This document shows, one piece after another, positions 12,596-25,442 of a stretch of 64,000 nucleotides of DNA. How positions within the stretch are numbered: the stretch's first letter is position 1; every line of letters begins with the position of its first letter. Origin of the DNA: Felis catus (Eukaryota). The notes below the pieces were generated by a model, which saw only the letters and a list, made by a program, of their open reading frames with translations, did not search any database and was not told where the DNA came from. Location of the stretch: positions 132,930,001 through 132,994,000 of the forward strand of contig NC_058368.1 of assembly GCF_018350175.1 (NCBI RefSeq), in the 5' to 3' direction. The translations under genes and the position numbers were made by a program.

Positions 12596-14509
12596 ATGGC
12601 ATATTCTTTTAATGAAAGTTAAGGGTAAGGGTTAAGAATGGCAGAGAAGGAGAAAGAACAGAACAGCTCTGGCCTGGCTCTATTTTAAGATTTTTCTCTT
12701 AATAACAACGTGAGGTATAGTATAGCCTCAAAATAAATACTTCCTTCTCCCCCTTTCCTTTCATTCCAAAAAGATTTTTCTCCTTTTTACAGCCTTACTT
12801 GTCTCCTCCCCATAGTTTTATTTCCATGTTTACTCTGATTACTTCTGGGTCCTTTGCTTTTTCCTGAGGGTCCCCATCCTCTTTTTAGTACATAGCTGGC
12901 TTTGCTCTGTTGTGTTCTAAGGCAAGAGCAGTCTCCTGGATTCACTCCGCTGTGGCTGGGCTTCACTCTTCTTGCTCTGCCCTCTGCCATCTGCCACCAC
13001 TTAGATTCCATGTTAGAGTGATAGCATTTGTTTTGTAATTTATCCCTTTGAAATGGAGAGAGAAGGGTGATAGCTATTAAGCCCAGCATTTCTGGTACTC
13101 TTTCCAACTGAAGCCAAAGAATGGACACAAGAGGCTTTTATCAACTCAGGGGTTATCTTTATAGTCATCTGGAACAGTTATTCTTTCCAAATTCTTGTAC
13201 AGTAATATTTTTTGCTTGTTATTCTTACATTCAGAGCCTTTGAGTCTATTGCATTTTACTTTTTCATTCATAATATATAGTTGTTCTTTTAAAGACCTGA
13301 ATAGACTGGAGTTTAAACTTGAAGCTATGACCTAAGTTGATTACTGTGGGTTCTGAGAGCACATCTCAGAAATGAGGAAGGAAGGCAAAATATTCATTGC
13401 ATAAATACACAAAATTAGATCAAACCAAATCTAAAAATGCTAATCCATGCTTTGAATGAGCAACTAACTACACATGATAGCTCTGTTGCAGATAAAGTTT
13501 ATAAGATTAAATTACAAGCCCTTAGGTTTTTATGTATCCTGTGGTATATCATAATGAAGTAGATTTCAGATTATTTTTCAGTATGATGATGTAGTTTACA
13601 TACCTGTGTTGCTAGCCACATACTGTTTTGAAAGTTACAATAGTGCTATTTATCACAATCCCTTTAGTTTTCAAGAATATAGCTAGGTATATTTAGAACT
13701 AGATTAAAATGAAAAGTACAGGCATCTTTCTTCCCAGCATGTTTGTAAAAAATATTCAGAGATAATGAGATAACTGAGTCTGCTTTTTTCTCTAAACCTA
13801 TCATTGAGGTAAACTAGAAGGATATTATTGGTCATATAAAAATATGAACTCTAGTTAATTTTAAGTGTTTCACCAAACCATTGGTTTTGAAAATACTGAG
13901 CTAATACTATGATACAATTAAGTTAAAGTGAATTTTATGAGACTATGTATTTATTGATACTGTTCATCATTAAAAAGAAGATCCCAGGTGGCACTGTGCT
14001 GTTAAAAGAATAGCAGTTAATTTTTTTTCCAAAAAAACAAAAAACCTTTATGTATACCCAACAAGAGATTGTTTTAGTTGCTCTTAAAATTTGGGACTCT
14101 TAACTTTGATTAATAACTAAATTCTTCACAGTATTGAAAGCTAGGTATTACTGTAAATATAACGGAAAGCATTGTGAAGAAATAGCTTAACAGTGTATGT
14201 TAAAAGTACTAATAATTTTTACAGTTTTGTTGAGATGTAATTGACATATTAGTATTAGTCCTAAGTATATATCATAATAATTTGATATATGTATATATTG
14301 TGAAATGAATGCCACAACAAATTTAGTTAATGTCCATCGTCAAGGTAGTGATATTAATGGCAGTTATGATGGTGATGTTTATTGGGTTCTTCATCTTCCC
14401 ATGATCTAGTAATATTTTTTCCTAATCTCCTTTCACGTGTCATCATCATTTTGATTTTACATCGTAAAGAACATTGTTTGTTTACTTTTTATTTTCCCCT
14501 CATTTGAAG

Positions 14510-14629
14510 CATCCCCAGACATCCTGTCCAGGAGATCCTTGTCAAGACGATCTGTTCATTTCAGGACAGCCGAACTACTCATCAGCTACACTTAGTCACA
14601 AAGATGTTCCTCCAGACAGCTTGATAAAA
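14510..14629 (+). CDS. ERBIN: ERBIN alternative cassette exon, 120 bp / 40 aa (HPQTSCPGDPCQDDLFISGQPNYSSATLSHKDVPPDSLIK)
   Basis: Acceptor ttgaag| (an in-frame cag| alternative would start at 14519); donor AAA|gtaggt; homologous to the human KHPQTSSSGDPCQD...DSLMK segment. Confidence 0.8.
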
Positions 14630-16275
14630 GTAGGTGCTCAGGAAATAAATGAACACATCTCTTTGAACTTACTCTGTTTTACAGATTTTAAACTGGAAAT
14701 ATCATGTATGCTTTAACAATGAAAATAAGTTTTTGAGGACTTTTCCTCCTTGATTAGTAAAGATTTTTTTTAAAAACTAATTTAGAAATATGAAATATAT
14801 TTTTGCCCTGTTATTTCCTGGTTTAGTCCATGATTTTTTTTCCACACTGGAGAATCATTTTATTGTTTTTGATTTCTCTACTATCACCTACTTACCTTAT
14901 TGTTTGAGTCAGAGGCTCTTTGGCATTCCTGTTTGAGTCAGAGGCTTTTTGGTATTGGACAATTAAAGATGAACCTGTCTTAAATTCATCACTTGAGGAT
15001 ATTTTATCATTACTAAAGACATTTTAAAATTCTTTAAATGTAATTAAAAGTCACCTTGAAAGCGTTTTGTATGTGATAAATGATGATTGTATTCTTAATA
15101 CTTTTGTTACTAAAGCATCACTTACTCACAGATTTTACTTTTCTGTCACCCAATACCAGATAGTTAACTCTTTTCTTTAATATTCTCGCTCAGCTATTCT
15201 TTCTTAACTAATTCCGTATCCCTTGTATAACGAGATAGAATTATATGAAGCATACTTAACGTATTATATAAAAATTTTGCATTGTTCTTGAGAGTAGGAA
15301 CCCAGACATATAGCATAAATTCATACATATCTATTTATTTTAGCTTTTTTTTCTTTTTCTTCTAATTGAGCTATGTTAACCAGTTTCTTTTTCTTTTTAA
15401 TATCAATTTTGTATTCTAGGTTACTGGGTTTGTTTTCATACTTTTATTCTCCTGAGCCATCTGCTAATGATAGCTTATTTTATTCCATGGGTATGTTTAA
15501 CATTGATGTAAAGTGTCAGGCACAACCAAGAATCTAGGTGTCTAGAAGTCTGAAGCATGGGTCAGAAGTTATTACTGTTTGGAATATTTTCCTTAGGAGA
15601 AAGGTATTGAATCTGCACATAGGAATAAATGGTATAAATGTGGAGAAAAGCAAGAGCTATGTGCTGAGTTGTGTATAAGTAATAAAATAACAGCACAAGC
15701 ATTTAAATACTCCTGGGCAGATGAATTGCTTCAAATCTACAGAGTTCAAGTAGTAAGCAACCACAATTTAAAAAAAAAAGATATAAAGATAATAAAATAC
15801 CTCATTCTCTTTTTCTCCAACCAGTGTAAGATTTGTCATAGAGTAATATCATATTTGTGCTCTGTTATAAAACCCCCATATAAGTTTCCAAACTTGAGAA
15901 ATAACCAAGTTCTCAAATATAACACAGTGAAAAGGTAACTTTTTTTTAAAGTAAAAATCTTCACCAAAAGGGAAGCTTCTTTGTTTCCTTCAGCAAGGTT
16001 GATGTAAAAAAAGCATGTAGTTCTGAAACAATTGCCATAATCTTTTCCCAAACTTTTCTACTTTGGAATAATTTTAGGAGAATGGGGCTCAGTATTTATC
16101 TCATAGTTTTTCTATAATTCACTTGTGGATGAGATCACCTTTTTATTAATAATCAACAATGAAATTTTAAATGATTGAATAGCTTAAAAGTATTTCCTCT
16201 TATATACAAAAATCTCTATATGCAAATATTTATAATACAAATGTAAACTTATTTTTCAGATAGATTTCTCATACT

Positions 16276-16470
16276 GGGGCACCTGGGTGGCTCAGTCGGT
16301 TAAGCGTCCAGATCTTGATTTCCACTTAGGTCATGATCTCACAGTATGTGAGATTGAGCCCCACGTTGGGCTGTGCTCTGACAATGGGCCTGCTTGGGAT
16401 TGCTTCTCTCCCTCTCTCTGCCCCTCCCTGCTCACACTCTTGCTTGCTCTCTCTCAGAATAAATAAAAAA
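16276..16470 (+). mobile_element. Can-SINE
   Basis: ggggcacctgggtggctcagtcggttaagc; TSD-like ctcatact on both sides. Confidence 0.93.
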
Positions 16471-17242
16471 TTCCTCATACTGACATAACAGCCACATTTC
16501 CACAAAGGTGGCTTTAAGTCTAAAACTCAGATTCATTCATTCTGAACAATGAGAAGCATTAAAACAAGGATAATTCTTTAACAAAATAATCACCTCAGAT
16601 TTTTTTGCGTAGCTTGTGAAGAGTAAAACAGAATGTCAAGGCTTAATTTTTGTGGTTAATATTTTATGGAACTAACATTTGGAGAGTTTAAAAATTACTA
16701 ACTGGTACACACACACACAAGGAATAAATTTGCTTTTCACTATATTTGTACTTGTTAATTCTGGAAAGAAAGGAATAAAAGTAGAAAATATACTCAGAAT
16801 AGTAAAAAAATTCTACCACAAAACTTGTTATTTCTGTTCAGAAGAAACATGAAAAAATGCATCTTCTATGTGTGTGTGAGATGGGAAAATTTACCCTTTT
16901 ACTGGGCTTAAATTTTAAAATTTTGACATAATCACCGTTTGCTGTTATTGTAAGAAAAAACAGGTCCATGCATACCAAATAGAAAAGCAAATAATTTTAT
17001 GATAACTTATTTGAAACTTTAAAGAGTGAGAATCTGTCTGCCAAGGACTCAGGCAAATTTAGAATTAATAGATTTTTTTCTTTTAAAAGTGTAAAATTAG
17101 AAAGAATAGTGTAAGTGTCTTGATAATGTATGATTTAGAATGTTACACTCTAGTGCTTTTGTAATACTCCAAGAAGAAAATCCAACTATTTGTAATAAGA
17201 CATTATTATTGGTCATTTTAAGACACTTCGTGTTTTTCTTAG

Positions 17243-17452
17243 ATGCCTTTGAGTAATGGACAGATGGGCCAGACCCTCAGGCCTCAGGCAAATTATAGTC
17301 AAATACATCACCCCCTTCCTCAGGCTTCTGTGGCAAGGCATCCCTCTAGAGAACAACTAATTGATTACTTGATGCTGAAGGTGGCCCACCAGCCTCCATA
17401 TACACAGCCCCATTGTTCTCCTAGACAAGGCCATGAACTGGCAAGGCAAGAG
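17243..17452 (+). CDS. ERBIN: ERBIN coding exon, 210 bp, SMAD-interacting region (MPLSNGQMGQ...HELARQE)
   Basis: tttttcttag acceptor; GAG|gtaaga donor; SREQLIDYLMLKV motif. Confidence 0.96.
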
Positions 17453-18533
17453 GTAAGAACAATCAAGAATACTTGAAATATGAAACTAAGCTCTTAATGT
17501 ACTTTATAGGTTATTTAATTATTAGCAATAAATCCGTGTAGATTTTTAACATAGTTTTTACCATTTTGTTTAAAGGTGTGGTTTCATGTTAAGTTAATAA
17601 GGTGTCAAACTTTGTATTTAACTTGACTCTGATCTCCCATGTTCTGATTAATTGACGTAGCATTTAGTGTTTTGGATGTGATTATTTTTTTCCTAAGGTG
17701 GTTGCGTATCCAAAACTTTTTGATGATATTCCAGTAATCAGACCTTCAGAAATATGAATAGTAGACCATGAAACTTGACTGGCATGTTATGGTTTCCTAT
17801 TGTTAATTGACACAGAGAGTTTGAAATTTGACCATAGTCTCCAAACTACTTCAAGAATTAAATCTTACAAAGTAGTATTTAAAAGGTGGCTAATCATACA
17901 TTTGTATATTTGGATAGTTTATTGATAAAATAATACTATTAGAAATGTAGGTAGAGAACAAATGCTTTATTCCTTTTGCTTTAGTCTCTGGAGAAAGGGA
18001 GGGTCTTGCAACAAGTTTAGTTCTTGATCTTTTTTTATAACGTGGTTATAAAAAACACTATCAATTGATCATCAATCCTAACATCTTGCGAGCATAGAAA
18101 CAAATTCAGGAAATGAATCCAACAACCACCCAGGGATTTTTAAATATCTTCTGAAACACCCAGTGCACAGAGATACTATGTAATTTAGATATTTTAGAGA
18201 TGGAAACTGATCCTAAAATACATTTTTTGTTTGTATACTCTATATCATTAAAATCCATGATATAAAAAAAAAAAACAAAAAACCCACAGGGTCAACATTA
18301 ATCAATTGCCTGTCCTTGTAAAACAGCAATAGATTAAGTTAGGAGCTATGCTTTATAATCTCAGCTGTGCCTTTAACTCACTAACTCATTAACATGATAT
18401 TCCATGTTGTAGTTTCCCTTTATCTGCCTGAATGTTTATTTTAGATGAATCTTTATGTATTTTACCAATAGTTAAATACTGTGTGTAGCTTTTTCTGAGA
18501 TAGTAGTAATAGTTTATTTTCATACTAATTTAG

Positions 18534-18626
18534 ATCCGAGTGAGAGTTGAAAAGGATCCAGAACTTGGATTCAGCATATCAGGAGGTGTTGGGGGCAGAG
18601 GAAATCCATTCAGACCCGAAGACGAT
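18534..18626 (+). CDS. ERBIN: ERBIN PDZ exon 1, 93 bp ([31 protein letters not shown])
   Basis: tttag acceptor with actaat just upstream; GAT|gtgagt donor; carboxylate-binding loop ELGF. Confidence 0.97.
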
Positions 18627-18832
18627 GTGAGTTTGTTTGTATGTCTTTGAGATATCCATAAGGATTTATTCACTAACATAGTGCTCTTATACATAAGTGA
18701 AAATCTAACAGATACTTTTATAAATCGAGAAAACATATCACCTTTTTTATTTCTCTCTTTATTCAGCTTTTTGTCTTGAAATACCACTTCATATGAATTG
18801 TTTGAGGAAAGCAAATTAAACCCCCAATTTTA

Positions 18833-19483
18833 TTTTATTTTTTTCCTGGTGATTTTATTTATTTATTTATTTACTTACTTGCTTACTTAATTTATTTTAG
18901 TATGAAATTTATTGTCAAATTGGTTTCCATACAACACCCAGTGCTCATCCCAACAGGTGCCCTTCTTAGTGCCCATCACCCACTTTCCCCCTCCCTCCCA
19001 CCCCCCATCAACCCTCAGTTTATTCTCAGTTTTTAAGAGTCTCTTATGGTTTGCCTCCCTCCCTCTCTTTTTTTTTTCCTCCCCCTCCCCCATGGTCTTC
19101 TGTTAAGTTTCTCAGGATCCACATAAGAGTGAAACCATATGGTATCTGTCTTTCTCTGTATGGCTTATTTCACTTAGCATCACACTCTCCAGTTCCATCC
19201 ACCTTGCTACAAAAGGCCATATTTCATTCTTTCTCATTGCCAAGTAGTATTCCATTGTGTATATAAACCACAATTTCTTTATCCATTCATCAGTTGATGG
19301 ACATTTAGGCTCTTTCCATAATTTGGCTATTGTTGAAAGTGCTGCTATAAACATTGGGGTACAAGTGCCCCAATGTATCAGCACTCCTGTATCCCTTGGG
19401 TAAAGTCATAGGAGTGCTATTGCTGGGTCATAGGGTAGATCTATTTTTATTTTTGGAGGAACCTCCACACTGTTTTCCAGAGC
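18833..19483 (-). mobile_element. 5'-truncated felid L1 (ORF2 C-terminus + 3' UTR), antisense in the ERBIN PDZ intron
   Basis: ORF TCTPMFIAALSTIAKLWKEPKCPSTDEWIKK; TSD taaaccccc(c)aatttta at 18817-18832 and 19484-19500. Confidence 0.95.
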
Positions 19484-19782
19484 TAAACCCCCCAATTTTA
19501 AATGTCCATTATATTATGAAGTGATTTTTAAATTTTGTTATTGCTTTTCTGCACATCTGTAGAAATAATTCCATCACTTTAATGAAAATCACTATACTCA
19601 AGTCAGAATTATCAGCACCAAAAAAAACATTGGGCTGTGACAATATTCAGAGAAAACCAGGAGAAAAATTGTACTGTAATTCAAGTGTTTGCATACTGTT
19701 AAAGAAAAATTGTTCCTTGTTACTCTGTTATTTATGCATCCTGTTTTCCATTAAATGTTTATCTTTTTTGTTGTTACTGAAG

Positions 19783-19857
19783 GGTATATTTGTAACAAGG
19801 GTACAGCCTGAAGGACCAGCATCAAAATTATTACAGCCAGGTGATAAAATTATTCAG
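19783..19857 (+). CDS. ERBIN: ERBIN PDZ exon 2, 75 bp ([25 protein letters not shown])
   Basis: tgaag acceptor; CAG|gtaaat donor; PDZ core motif. Confidence 0.97.
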
Positions 19858-20391
19858 GTAAATAAGATACATCTTTTTATTATTTTCTTAGTTTTTCATT
19901 TTATAACATCTTCCTCATCAAGGAATTATTAAATGCCAGATTTTGAAAATAACTCTTTTGTGAAGTTTATTTTTATATATTTGTGGGTGAAAAACAGTGG
20001 CATTTCTTATAAGCTACTCTCTATTATTTTCATCATTTAAAATATTTCTTTCTTGTGCGTTGCAAAATCATATGGATATTTTTGAATACATGTTAGATAT
20101 TTCCTAGCATTTTGTTTAAGTTTAGGAATGCTAACTTCTTTAAAATAGGTTGAAAGAATCTTTTTGTTACAAGAATTAAAGAATTTAGTTCATTTGAAGC
20201 ACTTGGAACTGTGTGTGTGATATATAGTAAGACTTCAATAAATGTTAGGCCTAAATTATAAGAAATGTAGTGTTTATTGATGGCCCAAGGCAATATGAAG
20301 AACAGGCCTTGCCCTCTGCTATCCTTGCATCTCGGTTGCCTTATTTATATATTAGCACATACACATAACACCTGTCTGACACTGTGTCTTA

Positions 20392-20563
20392 GACAAGTGC
20401 TTCCTAACTTTGGATTGCTAATAAGAATCATCTGAAGACAAGGTTCCTGAGTCCCACCTTCAGAGATTTTGTTTCCATAGATGTGGGGTAGGGCCCAGGA
20501 GTCTACATGTTATTTTAAATTGCCAAAATAATTCTTATTTTCTGCCAGGTTTGTGGACTACCC
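20392..20563. mobile_element. MER5-like hAT MITE
   Basis: agaatcatctg...cccaccttcagagatt...gtggggtagggcccaggagtct pattern. Confidence 0.65.
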
Positions 20564-20642
20564 AGCAGAAATTTAAGTGCACAGATGCAAATACATTATT
20601 ATGAAATGTTTTTCTGAAAGATATTTTTCTTCTTTCTTCTAG

Positions 20643-20750
20643 GCTAATGGCTACAGTTTTATCAATATTGAACATGGACAAGCAGTATCTTTGCTAAAAA
20701 CTTTCCAGAACACAGTAGAGCTCATCATTGTACGAGAGGTTTCCTCATAA
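20643..20750 (+). CDS. ERBIN: ERBIN terminal coding segment ([35 protein letters not shown])
   Basis: Long pyrimidine tract + tag acceptor; TAA stop at 20748-20750. Confidence 0.97.
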   Translation, partial: ANGYSFINIEHGQAVSLLKTFQNTVELIIVREVSS

Positions 20751-23378
20751 GGAATGTGGACAAAAAGAGGGGGAAGGCAGCAAGATTTATTGGAAGATAT
20801 TTGCAGGGGAAATTAATATTTTGACTATTTTTATATGTAAAGAAGAACTCAAAAATTATGTTCAAATTTGTACATTAATGAAATCATGGAACTCGTGGTT
20901 AGAGGGAAAGAACCACTGTACAGTATATAGGGGAGACTGTTGAATTCATACCATATAAAACTTCTTGTTAGGTTTTTAAACATAGCAATCAAGGCTACAA
21001 AAACAAACATATGTTGTTTTTGTATAGATTGTAGGTTTATTTTTGGATTTCATACACATGACTGAACTCTGTGCAAGGCTCTAGTTAGCCTTGATTGTAG
21101 CCCAGAGACAGTTGGCAGAGCTCTCTGTCTCATAGCTTTTATGCCCTTATTTTTATTCAACTCATATTAATGTTTTTCTGCTGAAACTACTTTTTTTTTA
21201 ATGTGGGCAAGAGATTTGAAGTGTTGGTTTTTGCTATGTGCATATTGAATTGAAGAGTGAGTAGGTGAAGGTGGTGCTGGTGGGTTCACTTTCCAAGGCC
21301 AGATTAAAACCATCAATTCCTATAAAAATCTGGAAGCAAAGATTGAAAAAAACAGCTGTTAATGTGTTTTTATTAATAGAATAATGCAATAAAAATGTAA
21401 TGTCTTTTTAAAGAAATAAAGAAGACGATAATTGCATTTTACGAGCTCTACAGGATCTGTTCTTGTTCTAGCCATTGACAATGCATTTGCTACCGGTGAT
21501 TCAATTTTTAATTTTTTAGTCACAGGAAATTTTTAACTCTACTGTAGATGCTTGTCCATGCATTTCTTGTGATATGGAAATCCTTTGATTTTTTGCAAAT
21601 GGTGGTGTTTTATAATTAGTACTCCGTTTTAATCTTAATTTATAATTTTTATTTTAAGCAGCAAATGAAACTAAAATGGCCAGTTTTGAGATTGTGTTGC
21701 TGTAACACAAAACGTAAGCAGATTTAGGAAAGTCTCTCGATCTTGTTTGGTCTCACATTGCCTTGGTAAAGTAAAAGGAAACAGTACGCATGGAGCTAGG
21801 AAACCAAAGCAAGTTTGTGAAATTGGCACAGTGATAGAGAATTGCTGTGGAGAGTTGTAGAGCAAAGGGATGGGTCTCTGAGGCCTTCCAGTGTGTCACG
21901 GTATTCAAATAAAGGGCTGTTCCTACAGGTAACATTAAATGTGAACTCGACACTTCAGAGTCTTTAAAGGGTTTCTAAGTGTATCAGTGTAATAGAATAG
22001 TGTTTTACCACCAGCTGCCTTTGTTCCTCGTTAGTGTAACAAATATTTCATAGATGTCATTAATTTGTTTATCCAAACCATTAATTTTATTTGTTTTTGT
22101 TCTGTCTGTGTAATTAAATAAAATTTTAGTAACATGAAATGGTAAGAATTAATGCATGGTTATTTGGACCAGAAAAAAGTGCCACAGAAGACCAATAACT
22201 GTTTTTAGTCAAGGCTAGTCTGGAGCCTTTCATTAGAGCAATATTCAGTTATTGCGATTCATTTTTAATTAGTAAGAAATATAATTTTGGAATTTTTAAT
22301 CTGTTATGCTTTGTTCTTCAACCTTGTTTTAATTAAGACTTTTATAGGACTAGCAAAAATGGCAATTTACATTATTTTTGCAAAAAAAGTTGGACTTGTT
22401 GTTTTCTTGCTAGTCAGAGTAAATAGGCAGTAATTTTGAAAAGATGTGAACTCAAATATTGCACTTCTTTCAAGATGTTATCAATTGGTTATTGTACTGT
22501 ATAGTTTTAATATTGATTGAAACCCTTTAACAACTCTTTGTAAATTTTAACTCATTTTAGTTGTTTTTCAGTACTATTTACATAGGAATTGATTTTTATG
22601 GATATAGTAGAAGAAATGTGCTGTATTTTGATAAAATTCATTTATTGTATGTGTGTTGTAATCTCTAAAAAAAAATAATGACAAACAGCTTCTTTAAGAC
22701 AAGCCTCAGTGTTCCCTTTATTCATAGTTTATTGTAAAATATTTTGGCACGTCATTTTTTGTTGCTCTCAAATTTTCAGTCATATTCTACTATTAATAAG
22801 GAATACATGAAATAGTTATAATCGTGACATTTTCAACTAGTTTATCTTGAATCAGATACATGGACTATAATTTTGGAAAAGGAAATAAGCCACAAAGAAC
22901 CATAAGTTAATTGTCTGCATATTATACTGATTTACTACATGTGCAGCAAGTGTTAAATGCACTAGTATTTTATTCTCCTCTAGTTAATTAAAAAAATTTT
23001 TTACTGCTCTTATAACACTAAGTTCAGTGAGAAAGTTAGTTACAAAGGAGTGGGAGTAACATGATACAGTATATAACAAAAAAATAGCAAAAATGTTTTG
23101 CACTTAATAGCCATAATTTTCTTCTAAAATATTGGAAAATTAAAATGAAGTAAGAACTCTTTGTTAGAATTTTTGTTTTGGTAATGATAAGTTTTCAAAA
23201 TCTGAATAGAAGGTTAAATATTCTGAGGAAACAACATTTTTATTTTACATATTGTTGAGTAATGTGTAGTCACAACCTATACATACCCTTAACTGACCTT
23301 ATTTAAATATTATGTAGCAAACCATCAAAACCAAAACTGTCTTATTTTTAGTGACAGCGTTTAAAATTGACCACCCTA

Positions 23379-23603
23379 CAGGTGCCTGGGTGGCTCAGTC
23401 GGTTGAGCATCTGACTTCGGATCGGGTCATGACCTCACAGTTCGTGGGTTTGATCCCCACGTCAGGCTCTGTGCTGACAGCTTGGAGCCTGGAGCCTGCT
23501 TCGGATTCTCTGTCTTCCTCTCTCTCTGCCCCTTCCCTGCTCATGATCTGTATTTCTCTGTCTCTCAAAAATAAATAAATGTTAAAAAAAAAAAAAACAA
23601 AAC
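23379..23603 (+). mobile_element. Can-SINE in the ERBIN distal 3' UTR region
   Basis: Perfect 19-bp TSD tttaaaattgaccacccta (23360-23378, 23604-23622). Confidence 0.96.
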
Positions 23604-24301
23604 TTTAAAATTGACCACCCTAAGATTTTAAACTGTTAAAAGTTGTATGTTCAGAGTAATATATTCTGTACAGAATTGTTTACACAAACTGAAGTTTTAT
23701 GCTGATGCATTAGAGAATCATCAGTTCATCTAAATCCATGAAATTCTAAAATTTCCTACACATTTATTATGTAAATATTTTTCTGACCTCTTTGGACTTA
23801 AGTTGTGTATATACTTCAAAAATTCTTTAAACACAAACATTGCCATAAACAGAACTAAACTTTTAAGTATTAATTTGTTGTGCTTAAAAAGAAATCCCAT
23901 TAGCAGCCATGTAATATTTTTATCATTCAGCATTTATAAAACATTCCAAATTTTTTTGTGCATATTTAGATTGCTTGAAGTAACGTAGTGAATAGGTAAT
24001 AAACTAATTCTGTTTAAAGTTGTTTGATTTATTTTATGAAATTCAGGGTGAGAAGAATTGTCATAGAAAGATATACATCTGTTTTTGTTTTTTGTTTTTT
24101 TGGCTGTTTAAACCCTTGCATTTCTGGGCATGGAGGAAATGTAATTTACCTTAAACTACTGTTTTTTACTTCTAAAGGAAGCCCCTGGAATGGGAATTGT
24201 TTTCCAGTTCAAGATTGGTGACCAGTCATATCTATTTGAAAGGGTATTTTTTTCATTCCTTTTGTTGAAATTCATATTAGCTTATTCTTTTGGTGTGTAG
24301 T

Positions 24302-24336
24302 AATAAATTTCTTATGAAATAGACATTGAAATTAAA
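24302..24336 (+). terminator. Candidate distal polyadenylation signals (AATAAA 24302, ATTAAA 24331)
   Basis: Hexamers followed by a GT-rich tract (ttttgtgttt), at the boundary where repeat density rises. Confidence 0.45.
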
Positions 24337-24409
24337 ATAATTTTGTGTTTCATCAAAAGCATTAATGAATACATGTAATTGGTGTACAAGGGACCAACAA
24401 GATACCACT

Positions 24410-24813
24410 TTTATTTTTATTTTTTTAATGTTTATTTTTTAGAGAGAGTGTGTGAGCAGGGGAGGGGCAGAGAGACAGGGGCATAGAGGATCCGAATCAG
24501 GCCCTGCACAGACAGCAGCAAGCCCAATGCAGGGCTTGAACTCATGAACCGTGAGATTATGGCCTGAGCTGAAGAAATCAGATGCTCAACCGACTGAGCC
24601 ACCCATGTGCCCTGATATCACTTTTCTTTTGAAGAATAATCTAAATTGTATGGGCAGCCTGCTCCAACCTTTAGGGATTCCCTTTGTTTCTTTTTTTCCT
24701 CCCTCCCTTCCTTTCTTCCTTCCAGCTCCATGCCCAACATAGGGCTCAAACTCACAACGCTGAGATCAATAGTCTCAGATTAATAGCTCTACTGACTGAG
24801 CCAGCCAAGTGCC
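24410..24813 (-). mobile_element. Two adjacent Can-SINEs (about 24410-24612 and 24720-24813)
   Basis: Two ctgagcca head motifs. Confidence 0.88.
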
Positions 24814-25442
24814 CTCCCCCTGTTTCTTAATAGAGAGTTCAAAAAAGTTGTCCATTTTATACCTAAAGCTGCGGTTTCTTTACCTCTGCAGAATTTTTAA
24901 TCCCAGGGTGTAGTAGGCATAGTCCATTACAGTTTGGGGAAATTTTTAAGACAATGCTATCATCTTTATTTTAGAACTATGCATTCTCTTTGTGAAGCAA
25001 TTTGCATTCTAAACAGAAAAAATTTTTAGGAAAAAGATCTCAGTAGAATCTCCTCACATTTTATTTTAGACAACAATTTAAGGCATTTCTAAAACCTTTC
25101 TATAGGATGGTTGGGAAAAGGGCTGAAAAAGAAATAATCCTGTTGATAATAATTGCCTTTTCAAATGTAACAATTAGAGACATGATCTCCCTTGGGATTT
25201 CATGTGGCCGTGTAGCTTCTTAACCAGCCCCTTAATCCAATCGCAGAATGAAACATGAGAAGCTCACATATCACCAGTAAAGGAAAAAGTCCATACTATA
25301 GTATTATAGTCCCTGTCCCCGCCATGACTCATTATTTTCCATGAAAAATTGTTAAGTCTATACACATTTTTCCTGAACCAGTGTTCCTTTAATCAAGCCA
25401 ATTTTGTTCCCTGCAAACCACAGCTCTAGAAGGATCTCTTTT

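Larger units (their letters stand above)
1..24345 (+). other. ERBIN: ERBIN (ERBB2-interacting protein) gene, 3' portion; 5' exons lie upstream of the window; 3' end approximate
   Basis: Spliced exons give one continuous frame matching the ERBIN C-terminal half (ESEELSSDEEMKMAEMRPP ... [11 protein letters not shown]). Confidence 0.97.
20751..24345 (+). other. ERBIN: ERBIN 3' UTR, AU-rich; distal end uncertain
   Basis: Follows the stop; nearly repeat-free for ~3.6 kb; AATAAA at 21388, 21415, 21908, 22117 and 24302; ATTAAA at 24331. Confidence 0.7.
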
